A stretch of 49,334 nt of DNA, filler included, from Streblomastix strix (lineage: Eukaryota): the NCBI GenBank assembly GCA_008636045.1. It is 3 parts of 3 records of this genome, joined end to end, with 100 filler letters (N's around TTAATTAATTAA, not from the genome) between each part and the next. Parts side by side here need not be neighbours in the genome. Positions count along the whole stretch, not along the records: positions 16,487 to 32,868 come from SNRW01000824.1; 2 more parts are not named here. One strand, 5' to 3'. Of this stretch, positions 16,487 to 29,311 are shown in pieces (position 1 is the stretch's first letter; the number at the start of each line of letters is the position of its first letter). The notes beneath the pieces are model-generated. The model saw nothing but the letters and a program-made list of their open reading frames with translations. It had not been told where the DNA came from and made no database searches. Both the position numbers and the translations under genes were made by a program.

Positions 16487-18377
16487 TCTGTACAATTGGA
16501 CCTCCTAATTGATGATTTATTTCAGGAAGTATTTCTTATATTCTTAATATAATTTTATTTTTCATTGATTCATTTTTAAATTACAAATTTCTTATACCAT
16601 TTAGCAGCTATTCTACAAGAAGTAATATTTCTTAATCTACAAATTTCTCATTTTAGTTCATTTATCTTTCTTTAAAAAGAAATTTATACTTTAGATATTC
16701 AATTGCTTTATTCAAATATATATTAATTTCTTCTATTGTGAATATAAGCTTTGATATTAATTCACCATTTATAATATGGCTTTTTTAAATTATTATATCA
16801 TCGATATAAAATAAATTTGTGTCTATATCAAACTTTATCGCGTTTTTTTAATCTTTCTTATTTTTCTAGATAAATTCTCTATTGCTATCATTATCATCAT
16901 TATCCAAATTACTTTAATCATCATCATCTTAATACTCAGAATTTGAAGAATCATCATCATAATGTTCAAAATTTGACACATCATCATCATTTTAATATTC
17001 TATATTTGACACATTATCATCATCTTAATACTCAACATCTGATACCTCAATGTTTTTGTTAAATTGTTAATGAAATTATTTACTTCTTTCAAGTAATATA
17101 TCTTATTTTATTTAGTCCCTTAATTTCAATTCACATCGGTGGAAACGGGTAAATTGATACAGTTTGACGAATTTATATTCAATATATTTGCTTATTAAAT
17201 TTAATAAATAAGAATTTCTATCAATCGCGCATTACGTTTTAAATATCTATTCTAAAATTTAATCATTATTCATATCTTTAAATGGATCAATGAAAAATAT
17301 TGAAGAATGAGATTGTTATGTAAAAGAAGAAGAAGATTATCTAGATGGTTTCCATTTTTGCTCCAGCCACTTATAGAAATCTGCTTCGCACACCTTTAAT
17401 CTTTCTTATTACTTAATGCCGACCAATTGCAACTCTTCTTCGATTTAATAAATTTATTTATGAATAAATTTGTTGTTTTCTCTTCTTGTTGAATTTTCTT
17501 AAATTATTGACTTGTATTAAGTTGATTTTGATAACATTTCTTAATATAGTTATCTATCTGCTTTTTCTTTTTAATCTATACTGTTGATTTCATCAATGAT
17601 GTATTTCATCTATTCATCAACTTTTTCTTTATTTTCCTTTTAAGCTCGATGTACACCTTCCATAATTTTTCTTTTTTCATCAAATTGTTATAATGCAACA
17701 TTATTTTTAGCTACTTCATTTTAACTAATCTAATCAATTTGATTTTTAATCATTTTCATTGCCTTCACGACTGATTTTGATTGAATAGGTTTCAATACTG
17801 GCAAATTTTATTAGATTTCAGTATCAGTTTCCGATTATTGTTCTTATTCCTTTACTGACTAATTATTTATTTTAAAAGATAATGCTCCAGGTTATCCTGA
17901 CTCTGGCAATTTATTACGCAATATTATTGGATAAATCCTTGGTTATTACAAAAACTTAGGAATGGGAATGATTGATATTGGTGGAAGATAAGGAGGAGGT
18001 GGTTAATTGGCAAGGTTTAATTCTTATTTCATTTTGTTTGCTGCAATTTTAGATATGAACGATATAGGTCGATTCTCTGGCACTATTCGTAAAATCATCT
18101 CCGGTTCTTAACCTTTATACACATCAGCCTGTAACAGTATAATTATTATATATATTAATTATTATAAATAGAAAATTCGAAAAACCATTGTAGTTCCTGT
18201 TCTTGGAGCATATTTATCCAAGATATGGTAGAAAGAAGCATTTTTTCCAATCTTCCACTTATTATTATATAATTAAAATAATATCAATATATAATATATG
18301 AAATATACCTGTCCAACATTATGTGAAAATTCACGACCGAGCCCATCTACTAATTTATTTCGTCTATTGAAAGTCAT
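16487..18377 (-). CDS. Hypothetical protein with two 5' introns, Pro-rich and acidic segments; probably runs off the contig edge
   Basis: MTFNRRNKLVDGLGREFSHNVGQ, intron, VEDWKKNASFYHILDKYAPRTGTTM, intron, ADVYKGQEPEMILRIVPENRP.. The frame is long under TAR=Gln. No family recognised. Confidence 0.55.
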
Positions 18378-19034
18378 ATTTGGTGTTCAATTCTCGATAA
18401 CGTTCTTTTTGTTCTAAAAATTTAGCATAATAATGAAAAAATGATAAAAAATATAGATAGAAAATGTAATTTACTAAACAGAACTGGTGTAAGCCTAGTT
18501 ATAACGTTAATTGGATGAATTATTTTGAAAAAAATTGTGATTAAGTTAATTACGAAACTAATTAATATTTTTAATTATATAACGATGAAAACGGAGCATT
18601 TTTTTTCTATATATCTGAAGATTCTTCGGAGAAATTGAAATAAATACATAAAAGAACATAATAGTAATTATTATTGTTTGAACTTATTTAAAAATTATAT
18701 TAGTGTTTACTTGAAATATATTCATATTAATAATTTATCTATTTGTTGCAAAAATTTAATTTTTTTCAGATGATTTTCTAACTTAGTCTAGTTACTAAAA
18801 TTGCATTAGATATTGAACGAATGAGGTAATTAGGATTTCAAGTCTTATTATTTACAGCAGTTAAATAATAAACATTTTCAGAAGGGAAATTTTGATCCAT
18901 AAGAAAAAAAAAATAATATAAATTATTATTGTTATCTTGTAATGAAGGGCATATATATTAATTTATAAGAAGTTTTAGAATTATGACGAATGTTATAATA
19001 AGATAGTGATAATGCTTATCTTAAAGTAAGCAAT

Positions 19035-19116
19035 GCATTAATGGCCGAGTGGTCTAAGGCGCTAGTTTTAGGTACTAGTCTATTCGTAGGCAGGGGTTCA
19101 AATCCCCTTTAATGCA
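19035..19116 (+). tRNA. tRNA-Leu (anticodon TAG)
   Basis: Acceptor GCATTAA/TTAATGC plus discriminator A, D-arm TGGCCGAGTGGTCTAAGGC, anticodon stem CTAGT/ACTAG with loop TT-TAG-GT, long variable arm, and T-arm AGGGG-TTCAAAT-CCCCT. Confidence 0.95.
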
Positions 19117-19119
19117 AAC

Positions 19120-19126
19120 TTTTTTT
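19120..19126 (+). terminator. RNA polymerase III oligo-T terminator
   Basis: T7 run immediately downstream of the tRNA. Confidence 0.7.
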
Positions 19127-19669
19127 ATTAATATAACTTTGATTTTTATATAAACCTTTATTTGTTGTTTATGTGCAAGAGAGAGACCCTGAATAGTAAG
19201 AGGTATAATATTATACAGCATAATTTGTTCAAACGAGAATTTTTAATTCTACTTCCGATTTCTTCTTGGAATGCTTATTTTACAATTTTATATCACTGTA
19301 TACAGTTCTTTTAAGCTGTATAATGCGTTATTTAATGACTTATACCTCTGTGAGAAGCACGGCTGGAGCTTGGAGAAGTTATGGAGAGATATATTGAACC
19401 AGAGCGCATTATTACGTCCATAGTAGCTTGGTTGAACGATTAAGGGAAAATTCAAGTGAATAGAGTATAACATGTTCAATATAACTAAGCAATAGGTCTG
19501 AAGCCACAAGATTTGGTGGTCTTTACTTTGTTGAAGAGATGTTACGTGCTAAAGCTGATATTATTTTGGATAAAATAGTTACAGTCTCTGAATTGAAATG
19601 ATGTTATTTTACTTCTTATTTGTTTATTATTATCAACTTTTTTATTCACGGATTTATATATATTGATTA

Positions 19670-21230
19670 ATGGCTGAAGTTGAGGAGCCTCGTCGTTCAA
19701 AGAAAATTATTGAAACTCAACTGCTTGAAACAAGACTATTCTAAATTCCAGGATTGGTAGTCTCACTGATAGCTTTCTTTGTTGTTATTGGAGTATTATA
19801 TATAATATTGCATTATCTAACGATTTAATCTTAATATTATTATAGATTGGTTGTGGTATTTGTGCTGCATTGCCTGTTTCTACATCAAGTGAATCATTTG
19901 ATACTTGGCAATGTGATGAAGAGCCTCATTTATTTGATAAAACCAGATGCAGTGGAGTTGATATGAGAAAAATTGAGGTATAATTTATCATTTATTTATT
20001 ATATTTATTATATATTATATTTTATTCAATTAGGAACCATTTGTCATTCAAACAACAGATGTCAGAGGAGATTATCGTTTCACAGCATTCCGTCTCTCAC
20101 CACACAGCATCTTAGCAACAGTTGGATTCAACTTCAGAATTAACTTCTTATTCAATGTAACTAACAACAAGAATAACAAAACTGAATATTTCAATGAGAC
20201 AAAGATGGTGTTCTGCACAGAAGCTGGAAGATAATGCCAACCTGTTAATATATTCAGTGGACCAGCTGGCAACTACTCAATATCTCTTCTGTTTGAAACA
20301 AACCAAGAAGCTGTTAAAAAAAGCGCTCAATGAACATATTGGACACATATTCTATCATGAATTGCATGAAAACATTCTTTATTCCGTATTCTAAATCATA
20401 TATCGCTTCATACACACTGGAATAACATTAGCATTCTTCATCTTCTACTGTATTAATATGTTTAGACATCTTGATACAAAAACAATTGAATAGAAGGTGT
20501 GGATTTAAATATCTTATTATTTATTATCATATTATGTTTTTATTTATGTATTATCATATTTAACTTTCAGTGGCTATTCTTCTTCGCGATTGCAATATTC
20601 TTCTTTGATGATGCATTAATATATCTCTTGTAAGTTGAGCTTGAAACATTTGCACTTGCAGTCCTTGATACACTTTTCCAAAGTGCCTTCCTAGCATTTG
20701 CCATGTCATTCGTATTATGCATTCTTGGGGGTCTAATTACACGTAAGACAACATTTGTATGGTTTGTTATACCAAGACTCCTGCTATCAGGTATATTCTT
20801 CGTATTTGATGTAGCTGTTGGTATGTCTAGATTATCTGATCATAGAATAGATGTGTTATTAGGAGATAGATATACTGTTATAAGATGCTATGTAGTATCT
20901 AGATAGCATGCACGTGCTATTGAAGGGAGATATCGTGTGTATGTTATATTCATAGTAGTGGCTGTTGCATTGTTCATATCCTTGTTATTGGTAGCTGCAT
21001 CACAACCGCGTAATGTCAGAAACTATCTCAATACGGTCTCACACACAATGGTTGGTGTATTCACATGGATGATGCTGCTATGGATGTCGCCTACTAAGCT
21101 ATCTAGATAGACACGCACATCAATAACAGGTGCTATGAGGCCTAAAGAGAACTAGACTTCTGTATCTGCTATATTTGAGGAGGAAGATGCACGTAATACT
21201 CGATCACTGATCATTAATTCTGAGATTTGA
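19670..21230 (+). CDS. TMEM181: TMEM181/Wntless-like multi-pass membrane protein (3 introns, one apparent frameshift in an A7 run)
   Basis: N-terminal TM, a luminal domain with a Cys pair (FCTEAGRQCQP), then FQIIYRF..TIEQK|WLFFF..DTLFQSAFLAFAMSFVLCILGG..FVIPRLLL, colinear with the TMEM181 IWFRF..IEQKW..DDLFQS..FYLPK pattern. Ends in TGA at 21228-21230. Confidence 0.7.
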
Positions 21231-24200
21231 GGTGAATGAATATTGTCGTTATTTATGGGAGGTCATTCAGTATCAATATATATAAACACACTTCTAATTG
21301 ATTTGTTGTTTTTCCCAATAAAGTAAAATAAATATTAACCAAATGAAATCAATGCTTATTTTTTGTTTTCACTCATTTATTGAATTGATTGATTATTTGC
21401 AAATAATGAGAATAATAATTTAATTAAGTGAAATGGAAAAGACTAAAAAAATGAAGTGAATTTACATTAGTTTGATGTTAGAATCCTCGTATTAATTAAA
21501 TTCTCAGAAATTATTGGCCATATTGTGTGCATCCTAGTGCAAATGCCCATAGAGTTTACTGGGTGGTGATCCTAATAAATAAATAAATAATAAACTATAA
21601 TTAAATATGAATACTAGATTCCAAACCGAGAATGAGATCACAAATGGCTCATTTTACATATGCGATGTTCTGATATGATCCAAGAATATGAACTTTGCTG
21701 AGATACATGAAAATGAATAAACTATTAGTTTATTAAAAATTGTTTTGAAAATTGTTGAATAATTAAAAAAAAAAATCCAATTTTATGAAATATGGGAATA
21801 TCTCCATTTTTTCCCCCCCTTTCAATCTTATATTTTATTAATCAATAAATTAGAAATAAATATGAGTGATAAACTCTTATTTTTGTAAACAACAAATGAA
21901 AAATTCAATATAAATACAAAAATAACTTTTTTAGTAAGTATTTTGTCTCTAATACTAGCAATTTGGTCCAAGTTGGCAGACCACGGACCAGTTTTGGGGG
22001 TCTGTGGGTCACGGTAAATTTTCTGTATGTATACTCGATTTGCTAGGTAGGTAAACCTTTAGATTGTCGGGGCACGCTCTCCTAAGCGAAATAGGCGGAA
22101 ATTCAGTAAACATCATTTTTCTCAGTTCCCAAATATTATAAATAATTTATTTGTGTATATTTTGATTTTATTTCTATATACATTTAATATTAAATCATAA
22201 TAAATATAAAATAATACATGATCAAAGATTTATACAACAAAATTCAATAAACAGCATTTATCTCATTGTTTAACCAATAAAATGAAATAAAACTAAGTTT
22301 TATATAAATTATCTATAATTTTACATCTAAATATGTTAATGATTATATAAAATTTAAATCCGCTTAATTTTATTTTTTAAAAGACGATTTTACAATCAAA
22401 TTTGCTTACAGTTTAATTAATAAATAATAAAATATATTGTTTATTATATCATCTATATAATCTTACTATTTTTTTATTATTAATTAGAGCAAACGAAAAA
22501 TTAAATGGCAAATATAGACAAAGATTAACTGTGAGTGTTGCACCAATAGCAGCAGGAATTATACTAGTATTCATTAGCATGTTTGGGGATAAATATAAAA
22601 GGAAGCATTTTTATTTCATGGATAAGAAATATATGGAATGATAATCGAAGAATTTGCTAGGTTGATTTATTAATTAAAATGATTAGTTAATATAGAACTT
22701 AAATATTTATTATAATTTGTTAATTTTGACTTTATTTCATTAATTTTATTGATAATATATGTAGGATTTCATCAATATATTATAATCGAATAATGTAATA
22801 ATGCAATTTAGTAATGAGTGTTCAGCACATAATGGAGTTAAACCAAGAGAAATTAAAAGATAAATAAAATATTAATAAGAAAAAAATTGAATAATAAACA
22901 AGTAATTAAACCAGAATATCTAATTCTAATAAATAAAAAATTCTCGTATATACAAAGAATTAAATCAATAAATAATCAACATTTCTTCTTCCAATTGAAA
23001 TAATTATACCTTTATCATTTTCATCATTTACTTAATAATCTTAATAATCTTAATAGTAGTAATCTTCTTAATAATAAATTAATAAATAATTATAAAGACC
23101 ATTCAATGCAATTCTTTCATTAATACATCTTCATAGAATAGTAATTTCAATAATTTGTGATATTTATCCTCAGTCATTTATTTATGAAATAAATAATTTC
23201 ATAATCAATGCACAAGGAAAACCAGATAAATAAGAATAAGAAAACAATACGGAATAATAAAATGAAATAGATGATAAAGAAATATTGTAAATTTCTCTAG
23301 ATTCTAATTAATTGTTTCTTCGGTGGAACAAATTAAAATAATAATTGGAGAAAATCCACTAAATTATTAAATTATAAGAGTTTTATTTATGTTATTAAAT
23401 GAATATGAGATTTCTTATATATTTGTTAATTATTTAATATATTAATAATCACTTCACAAACCTTTTCATTATTCATTATGTAATTGTTTAACATTAATTT
23501 ACAAACTTTTAATATTAAGTAAGTTCATCATACTTATATTATTTTGTAGGAGAGTAGAAATAAAGAATGTTTTAAAGAAAGATTCAAGAGATTTTTTTTT
23601 TGTTTATTAGATAAAATTATTCTCAATATTCTTTGTTTAAAGTTTAATATAATGTTAAAAATGATGTGTAATAAACATATGATGAAGTGATAATTCATAA
23701 TAAAGTGATTTAAATAATATCTGACTGTGCTGCGCATATCTATTCACATGAAATGTTTCAAATTAAATATCAACTAGTGAAATACTTAATTCTTATTCAT
23801 TTATGATTATTAATGATAATATTACTTCATTCTTTCCTTCAAATAACAATTATAATTATAATTATCTAATTCATTTTTCCTCTCGTCCTCAATTAATATG
23901 TGAGGAAAGGTTGAAAATACAATTCTGTCATATTAAAATAATATAAATGTGTAAATGAAGTAGAAAATATTGTCAAAATAATTTAATTAATTGTTAGAGT
24001 CAAGAGAAACGACTTTTAAATTTTGGTACATCCAAATTTTACTAGCTTGACTTATGTTATAAAGTGATAATAATTATTATTTTAAAGTGTTACTTTTGTT
24101 AATAAACAAAAACACACCATTTCTTCCATCTTTGCTGCACATTGATCAACCCAGTACAGGCTCATTTATTTTAGTAATGCGGTCACTTTTTCTTATATTT

Positions 24201-25085
24201 ATATATTTAGTTGTCTTACAAAAAAGAGTAAATTAGAATTAATCCAACGAACAAAATTGAGTGAGTTGAGAATAATTTTATACAACAGGGTTATTGTAGT
24301 CGGCCAAGAACTCAAATTACGTTATCAGTGGTTTATTGACTAAATTAAATTAAAATAAAAATAATTATTATATGTAAAATAAACAAATAATTGATATTTA
24401 CTGTGAAAAGCTGAGATAAATTAAAAGTAATATCAAAATAAATATTCAAGTTAGAGTGTACCGTTATAATTAATTTTATACAAAAATTGTACTTCCATTA
24501 TAATTTATATATTATTGTTTTATTCATTTAAAACTTCTATGAATGTGTTTGTATATAAACGATTTAATTCGATTTCGCAGTAAAATAAGAGTTATATAAT
24601 CTAAATTTGTAAAATATAGTATAATAAAATATGTACAATATGTATTCATAGTGCTGATTTATAAATGTATCGCAAAAGTAGCCAAATCAGACTGATTATA
24701 ATATTTTTATCAGTAAAAATAAAAAATGGAAAAATCTCCACCAGCAGGAGATTAAACCTAATAATTGTCAAATTTTGATATATATGCTTTTTTTTAAGAT
24801 CTCTTCTTTCCTAGTATTTTTTTTTTGATCATCCTCCTCAAAAAATTTTTGTATAATCCTTATTAGACGTTTATTCATATATTCAGATTAAATTTTATTA
24901 AAATTTAATATAGTAAGACGTTAAATTTTTCTTTTTATACTTAGATACTATCTATATCTATTAAAATATACCAAATTTTACTATTTCCAAGTAATATTTT
25001 TTTTCTACGATAAAAACTCATTTTTTTATTCTACATATAAAAGTTGGTGCATTTTTTAATAAAATTGATATATATTTTTTAGAAT

Positions 25086-26909
25086 ATGATTGAAAATTAC
25101 TTTTAAACGGAACAAGGAGAAGCAGCTGCTGATATAATGAAGCATGTGATTGAAAATGTTAGCGATGGAAGTAGTTCACAAAAATTTTCCGTAAACTTAA
25201 ATGGAAATCAATTAAAATAGTTTTCATTTTAAGCATTGGATCAGAGTTCTTATGAAGACCTTGTGATGAGTGCTGCTTCAGGTGGAAAAATAGGTAAACG
25301 AAGAGTCTAGCGCTCGCAGGAAGGAATTTAATAGCCAAGTTAAAGACTAGTAATCGAATCAAATTAGTCATAAATGCAGAGCAGTTCTTCTTCAAGTGGC
25401 ATTGAGTCTCAAATGTATCAAGTTCGTGGGGTACGGTAAGGAGATAATTCTGATCATAGCAATATGAGGCAACAAAAATTTATCCGAAATACTATTAATA
25501 CTCCTAAATCTTTGCAAACTAATCAATCTTCCTCTAATCAAGTCCTTAATATTGATTTTAGTCCAAATTCTTAACATCTATTTGAATCTTAGCAAATACA
25601 GCTTTAAAGTACAAATAATACTCCAGTAACTTCTTTGAATAGTCCGTAGTCTTTTGATGATAACTTTAATTTAACTTCTACACCAATTCCTATATCAAAT
25701 GGATCATCTTAACATTATAGTCTAGTTTTAAGTCCGTAAAGTATAGGTTCGCAATAACGAACAAATTTAACTAAATAGCTTAATCAATTAAATAACAATA
25801 ATGATAAATAATCAAGCACTAGTTCTTCAAACTAAAATATTATCCAACCTAACTATTTCAATGGACTAGATGGTCACATTCCTTTACCAAGGATATTCTA
25901 AAAATTCCCAATAATAGAATAGCATATGATTGGATTTGAAACATGGGATAAAGAAATTTTAAAGAAGAAGAAAATTGAATTAAAGTAGATTTGGCACACA
26001 AGATATAAAGACTTAAGTGAATTAGAAATATAAGCCTTGACAGAACAAAATAGAATAAGAAATAATGAGTAGACACATTCTAAAGATATGTTCCCTTGGA
26101 AATTTAAACAGAAAGCTAGATAAATATAATAAACTTAGAAAGAGGAAAGTCTTTAAGTGAATATTAATGAAAAAGAGAAAGATAATAATCAAATTATTAA
26201 TAACAAAGAAAAAGAATAGAAAGAAATAATAGATTCTTCATAACAAATAGAAGAATAAAATCTTAGAGATTCTTGTGATGAAGCGCTATTAGATGAGTTT
26301 GATCAAAATGAAAGTAATGATGGTTCAGAAGAAGAAAACAATTTAAATTTGGAAAAAGAGAAAAAAGAACATAATGATAAGGGTGCATAGAAAATAGAAA
26401 ATATCGAAAATAAAATTATGCTTGTAAACTAGCTTTTTGAAGATGAAGTAATTTCTATTCTATTGAGAACTGCCATGGACAGAATGATAAAACCATTTCT
26501 CGTTGGTAATCGATGGGAGTGGATTTCAATGTATAAACCTTCATCGTCACGCAGGAAACCTTTGAACTACCCTCAAGTTTCTGTCTCGAGTATTCTTCAA
26601 TATACAAACGAGAATACAACTAAAGTTTGCCTCCATCATCTGTTTGCGAGGGCCCTTGGTGATGGATCTCTGATTCCTAAAGGATGTTAAGTGTCGCATC
26701 TCTATCCAAATATTAGAATTCTTGCTGTTATTGTCGAAAGCAGAGAAAAAAACGAGTTAAGAAAATAATGCCACAAAAATAAGTTAGGTGAAGGGAGTTT
26801 AGTCACTGCAATGCAGTGTTAACATTTGGATACAACTTTGTGTAGAACAATTCCTGACAATTTCATTTTTCCAAAACCCAATGCAGAAGAAACAGAAAAA
26901 TAAAACTGA
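25086..26909 (+). CDS. About 607-aa ORF: S/Q/N-rich N-terminus plus a C-terminal His-Me finger (I-PpoI/His-Cys-box-like) endonuclease domain
   Basis: Uninterrupted frame under TAR=Gln. The C-terminus reads YPQVSV..KVCLHHL..GCQVSHLYPN..VESREKNELRKQC..CQHLDTTLC. A possible upstream exon starts at ATG 24726. Confidence 0.7.
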
Positions 26910-27298
26910 TATAATTAAGTCCAGAAAAAAAATCTCAACATTTTTATAATTTTATTTCTATTTTTATTTAATTTTAAATTTCTATTTTTATTTAATTATT
27001 ATAATTTTTATCTATTTAATTTAATATAAACAACAATGCGGCGAATATTATTTAGCAACCTATCTAAACATCTTTAGTTTTGAATTATTATTTGAATATT
27101 TATATTATATTTTTCCTTTGAAATTTGAGTTAATTTACCTTTCGTTTAATTTATTTAATTTTATTTTTTTTGAAATAAATTAATAAATAAAATGCGGTTC
27201 TTATTAGTGACTAATGTTCTTGACCCATCTTATCAAATTCATCTAAACAACATTTGCATCCCAATCATCATTGTCTTACTCATTCTTCTTAGATATCC

Positions 27299-29311
27299 TC
27301 ACTCGTCTATGCTCTGCTCCATCTCTTCCTCTTCCAATTCCTTCTCCATTCTTACCTCCAGCAAGAAGTCTGGTTGATTTTGATCGAGCTTCTATTCCTA
27401 ATTTTCCTACCCATAATTGATAATGAACTAAAAAAATAGATTTGTAATTTGTGCTGATATAGAAGCTTAAATAGATATTTGAGATTATTATAAATCATTA
27501 TCATCTGATAGGCATTATGGTAAGATCTTTTATGCATCAGGTAATCGACCACTGAGATAGAGTAGGTATGATTATATAAATAGAAGTTCACAAACATGTG
27601 GAATTGTATTAGAAATCATTCTCATTGTTGTATTAACGCGTTGTAATAGGTGTTTGAGAAGATGATATAGGAAGTGAAGGAAGGTGATTAATAAGAGATC
27701 TAATAATACATAGAACAACAGATGGATCAAGTTCAAAATAGAATACTCCAGATGGTGGTAATGATGGAGATGTAAAGGTATCTATTCCAAATCTTTACAT
27801 ACCTCGAATCTAGGGAAATACACGTTTTAATTATATCACAAGAACATGATCCAATTAAGCAATACATTTTCCTCTATTCTTCTCTTTTGCCAATGTATAT
27901 TTAGCTTTCACATAAAATGGTACTACTGTTGTATCGAGTGAGGCTTGTGTTACTGAATAAACTTCCAATTAATCTCCAACATCATTGAAATTTCCTTGTT
28001 CAGCAAATGCCCAAAGCATATTCGCAAAATAGTCTGTTTCTGAAGCTTGTGATGTAGTGTCCATCAAAGAAAGTTTATCAATTGCATCTGATGCATTTCC
28101 AAGATACAGTTTTACACGAGCCCAAAGGCACATAAGACATCCCATCATCTGAGATTCAAGCGAAGACCAACTATTTATCAATCAATTCATTTCAGCATCA
28201 ATAGTTTCAAGAGCTGCTGGATGTCTGTGTGAAAGTGATACAAGTGGTTTTATACTGATAACTGCAGCAATTCGGGAAAGTTCTGCACTTTTACCCCTGA
28301 GTTAAACAAATAGATTACGAATACATGTTATAAGACCAGGATTATCAGGAGCTCTTGTTAATAGATCTATGAATGAATAATAATATAGTAATATGCTTTT
28401 TATTTGAAAATAAATAAAAAGAAGATCAAACAATCTCATGAGCAGCAATTATACAAATTCCTACATTTACTCCGCTTCCAGAAATGTTCTTCCCTCCACG
28501 TTGAGCAACATCTGTAGTCGCATCTTAAAATGCTATATCCCAATTACCATTAGCAAGTTGAGCACGCATCTTCTCAATTAGAAATGGATGGAATTCACAT
28601 TATTAAATACAACCCTGTGTAAATTTCATATAATATTATGATATATTTAATAGTTTAAAAGAATTATAAATACATCAGTACGAAGTGTTAGCCATTTTCC
28701 GCAGTGTTTTCCCTTCTCGGCCAATTTTTGCAAAACATAAAAGTGCCTAATTAAAAGAATATAAAATTAATACTGAATAAATTATAAAACCTCCACATTA
28801 TTATTCTTCTTCTTCTTCCATAATAAAGATAAATTTTCATCATCCATATCCTTCCCTCAAATAATAGATATATCAGAACTATAGAAATTATACCAAACTT
28901 ATTAATTTATAGATCGTGGAGAATCTCGATTCAAGGTTTTAAATCTTTCTAAGACATATATTATTTCATTATGAAATATATCCCAAGATAATAAATATCA
29001 TTTTCATCACTCAGGTCTTCAATTTTCATTCGTGGTGTTTTTGTATCCTTTAAAAGGGGTTCACAAATGATTAACCCATGTTTCCTAGAAAGAAATATAT
29101 GGCAAACAAACAATTTGAATGTTTTAATAAAAAAATATTATTAAATTTTCATACCTTGTTTCCAGAGTGAAATTGCTTGTATGAACTCGAAGATACGTTC
29201 GTTTGGGAAGGCTTTGAGAGTAGAATCGCACGCATTGATAGCACTGCCATACCATTTGTTCCACAGATTGAATAAGACTAAAGATTCCAAGTTCTGTTTG
29301 TTAATTTCCAT
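27299..29311 (-). pseudogene. IFT139/TTC21-like TPR protein, N-terminal portion only, with in-frame TGA and frameshifts
   Basis: Segments recall TTC21B: FHPFLIEKMRAQLANGNWD, EQGNFNDVGDQLE, GVFYFELDP and LLYLSGRLPDA. TGA at 28182-28184 and frameshifts near 27710 and 27636. Contains introns. Confidence 0.6.

Noticed and set aside
19035..19116. Possible TTA-anticodon suppressor tRNA that would explain the code change
   Set aside because: The CTAGT/ACTAG stem fixes a 7-nt loop with TAG at positions 34-36. The long variable arm and A discriminator fit an ordinary tRNA-Leu.
19170..19580. Short coding-like stretch downstream of the tRNA
   Set aside because: No consistent frame or recognisable family; probably a decayed fragment.
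21500..23400. Scattered coding-like fragments (Cys-rich and TM-like)
   Set aside because: Multiple TGA stops and no continuous frame.
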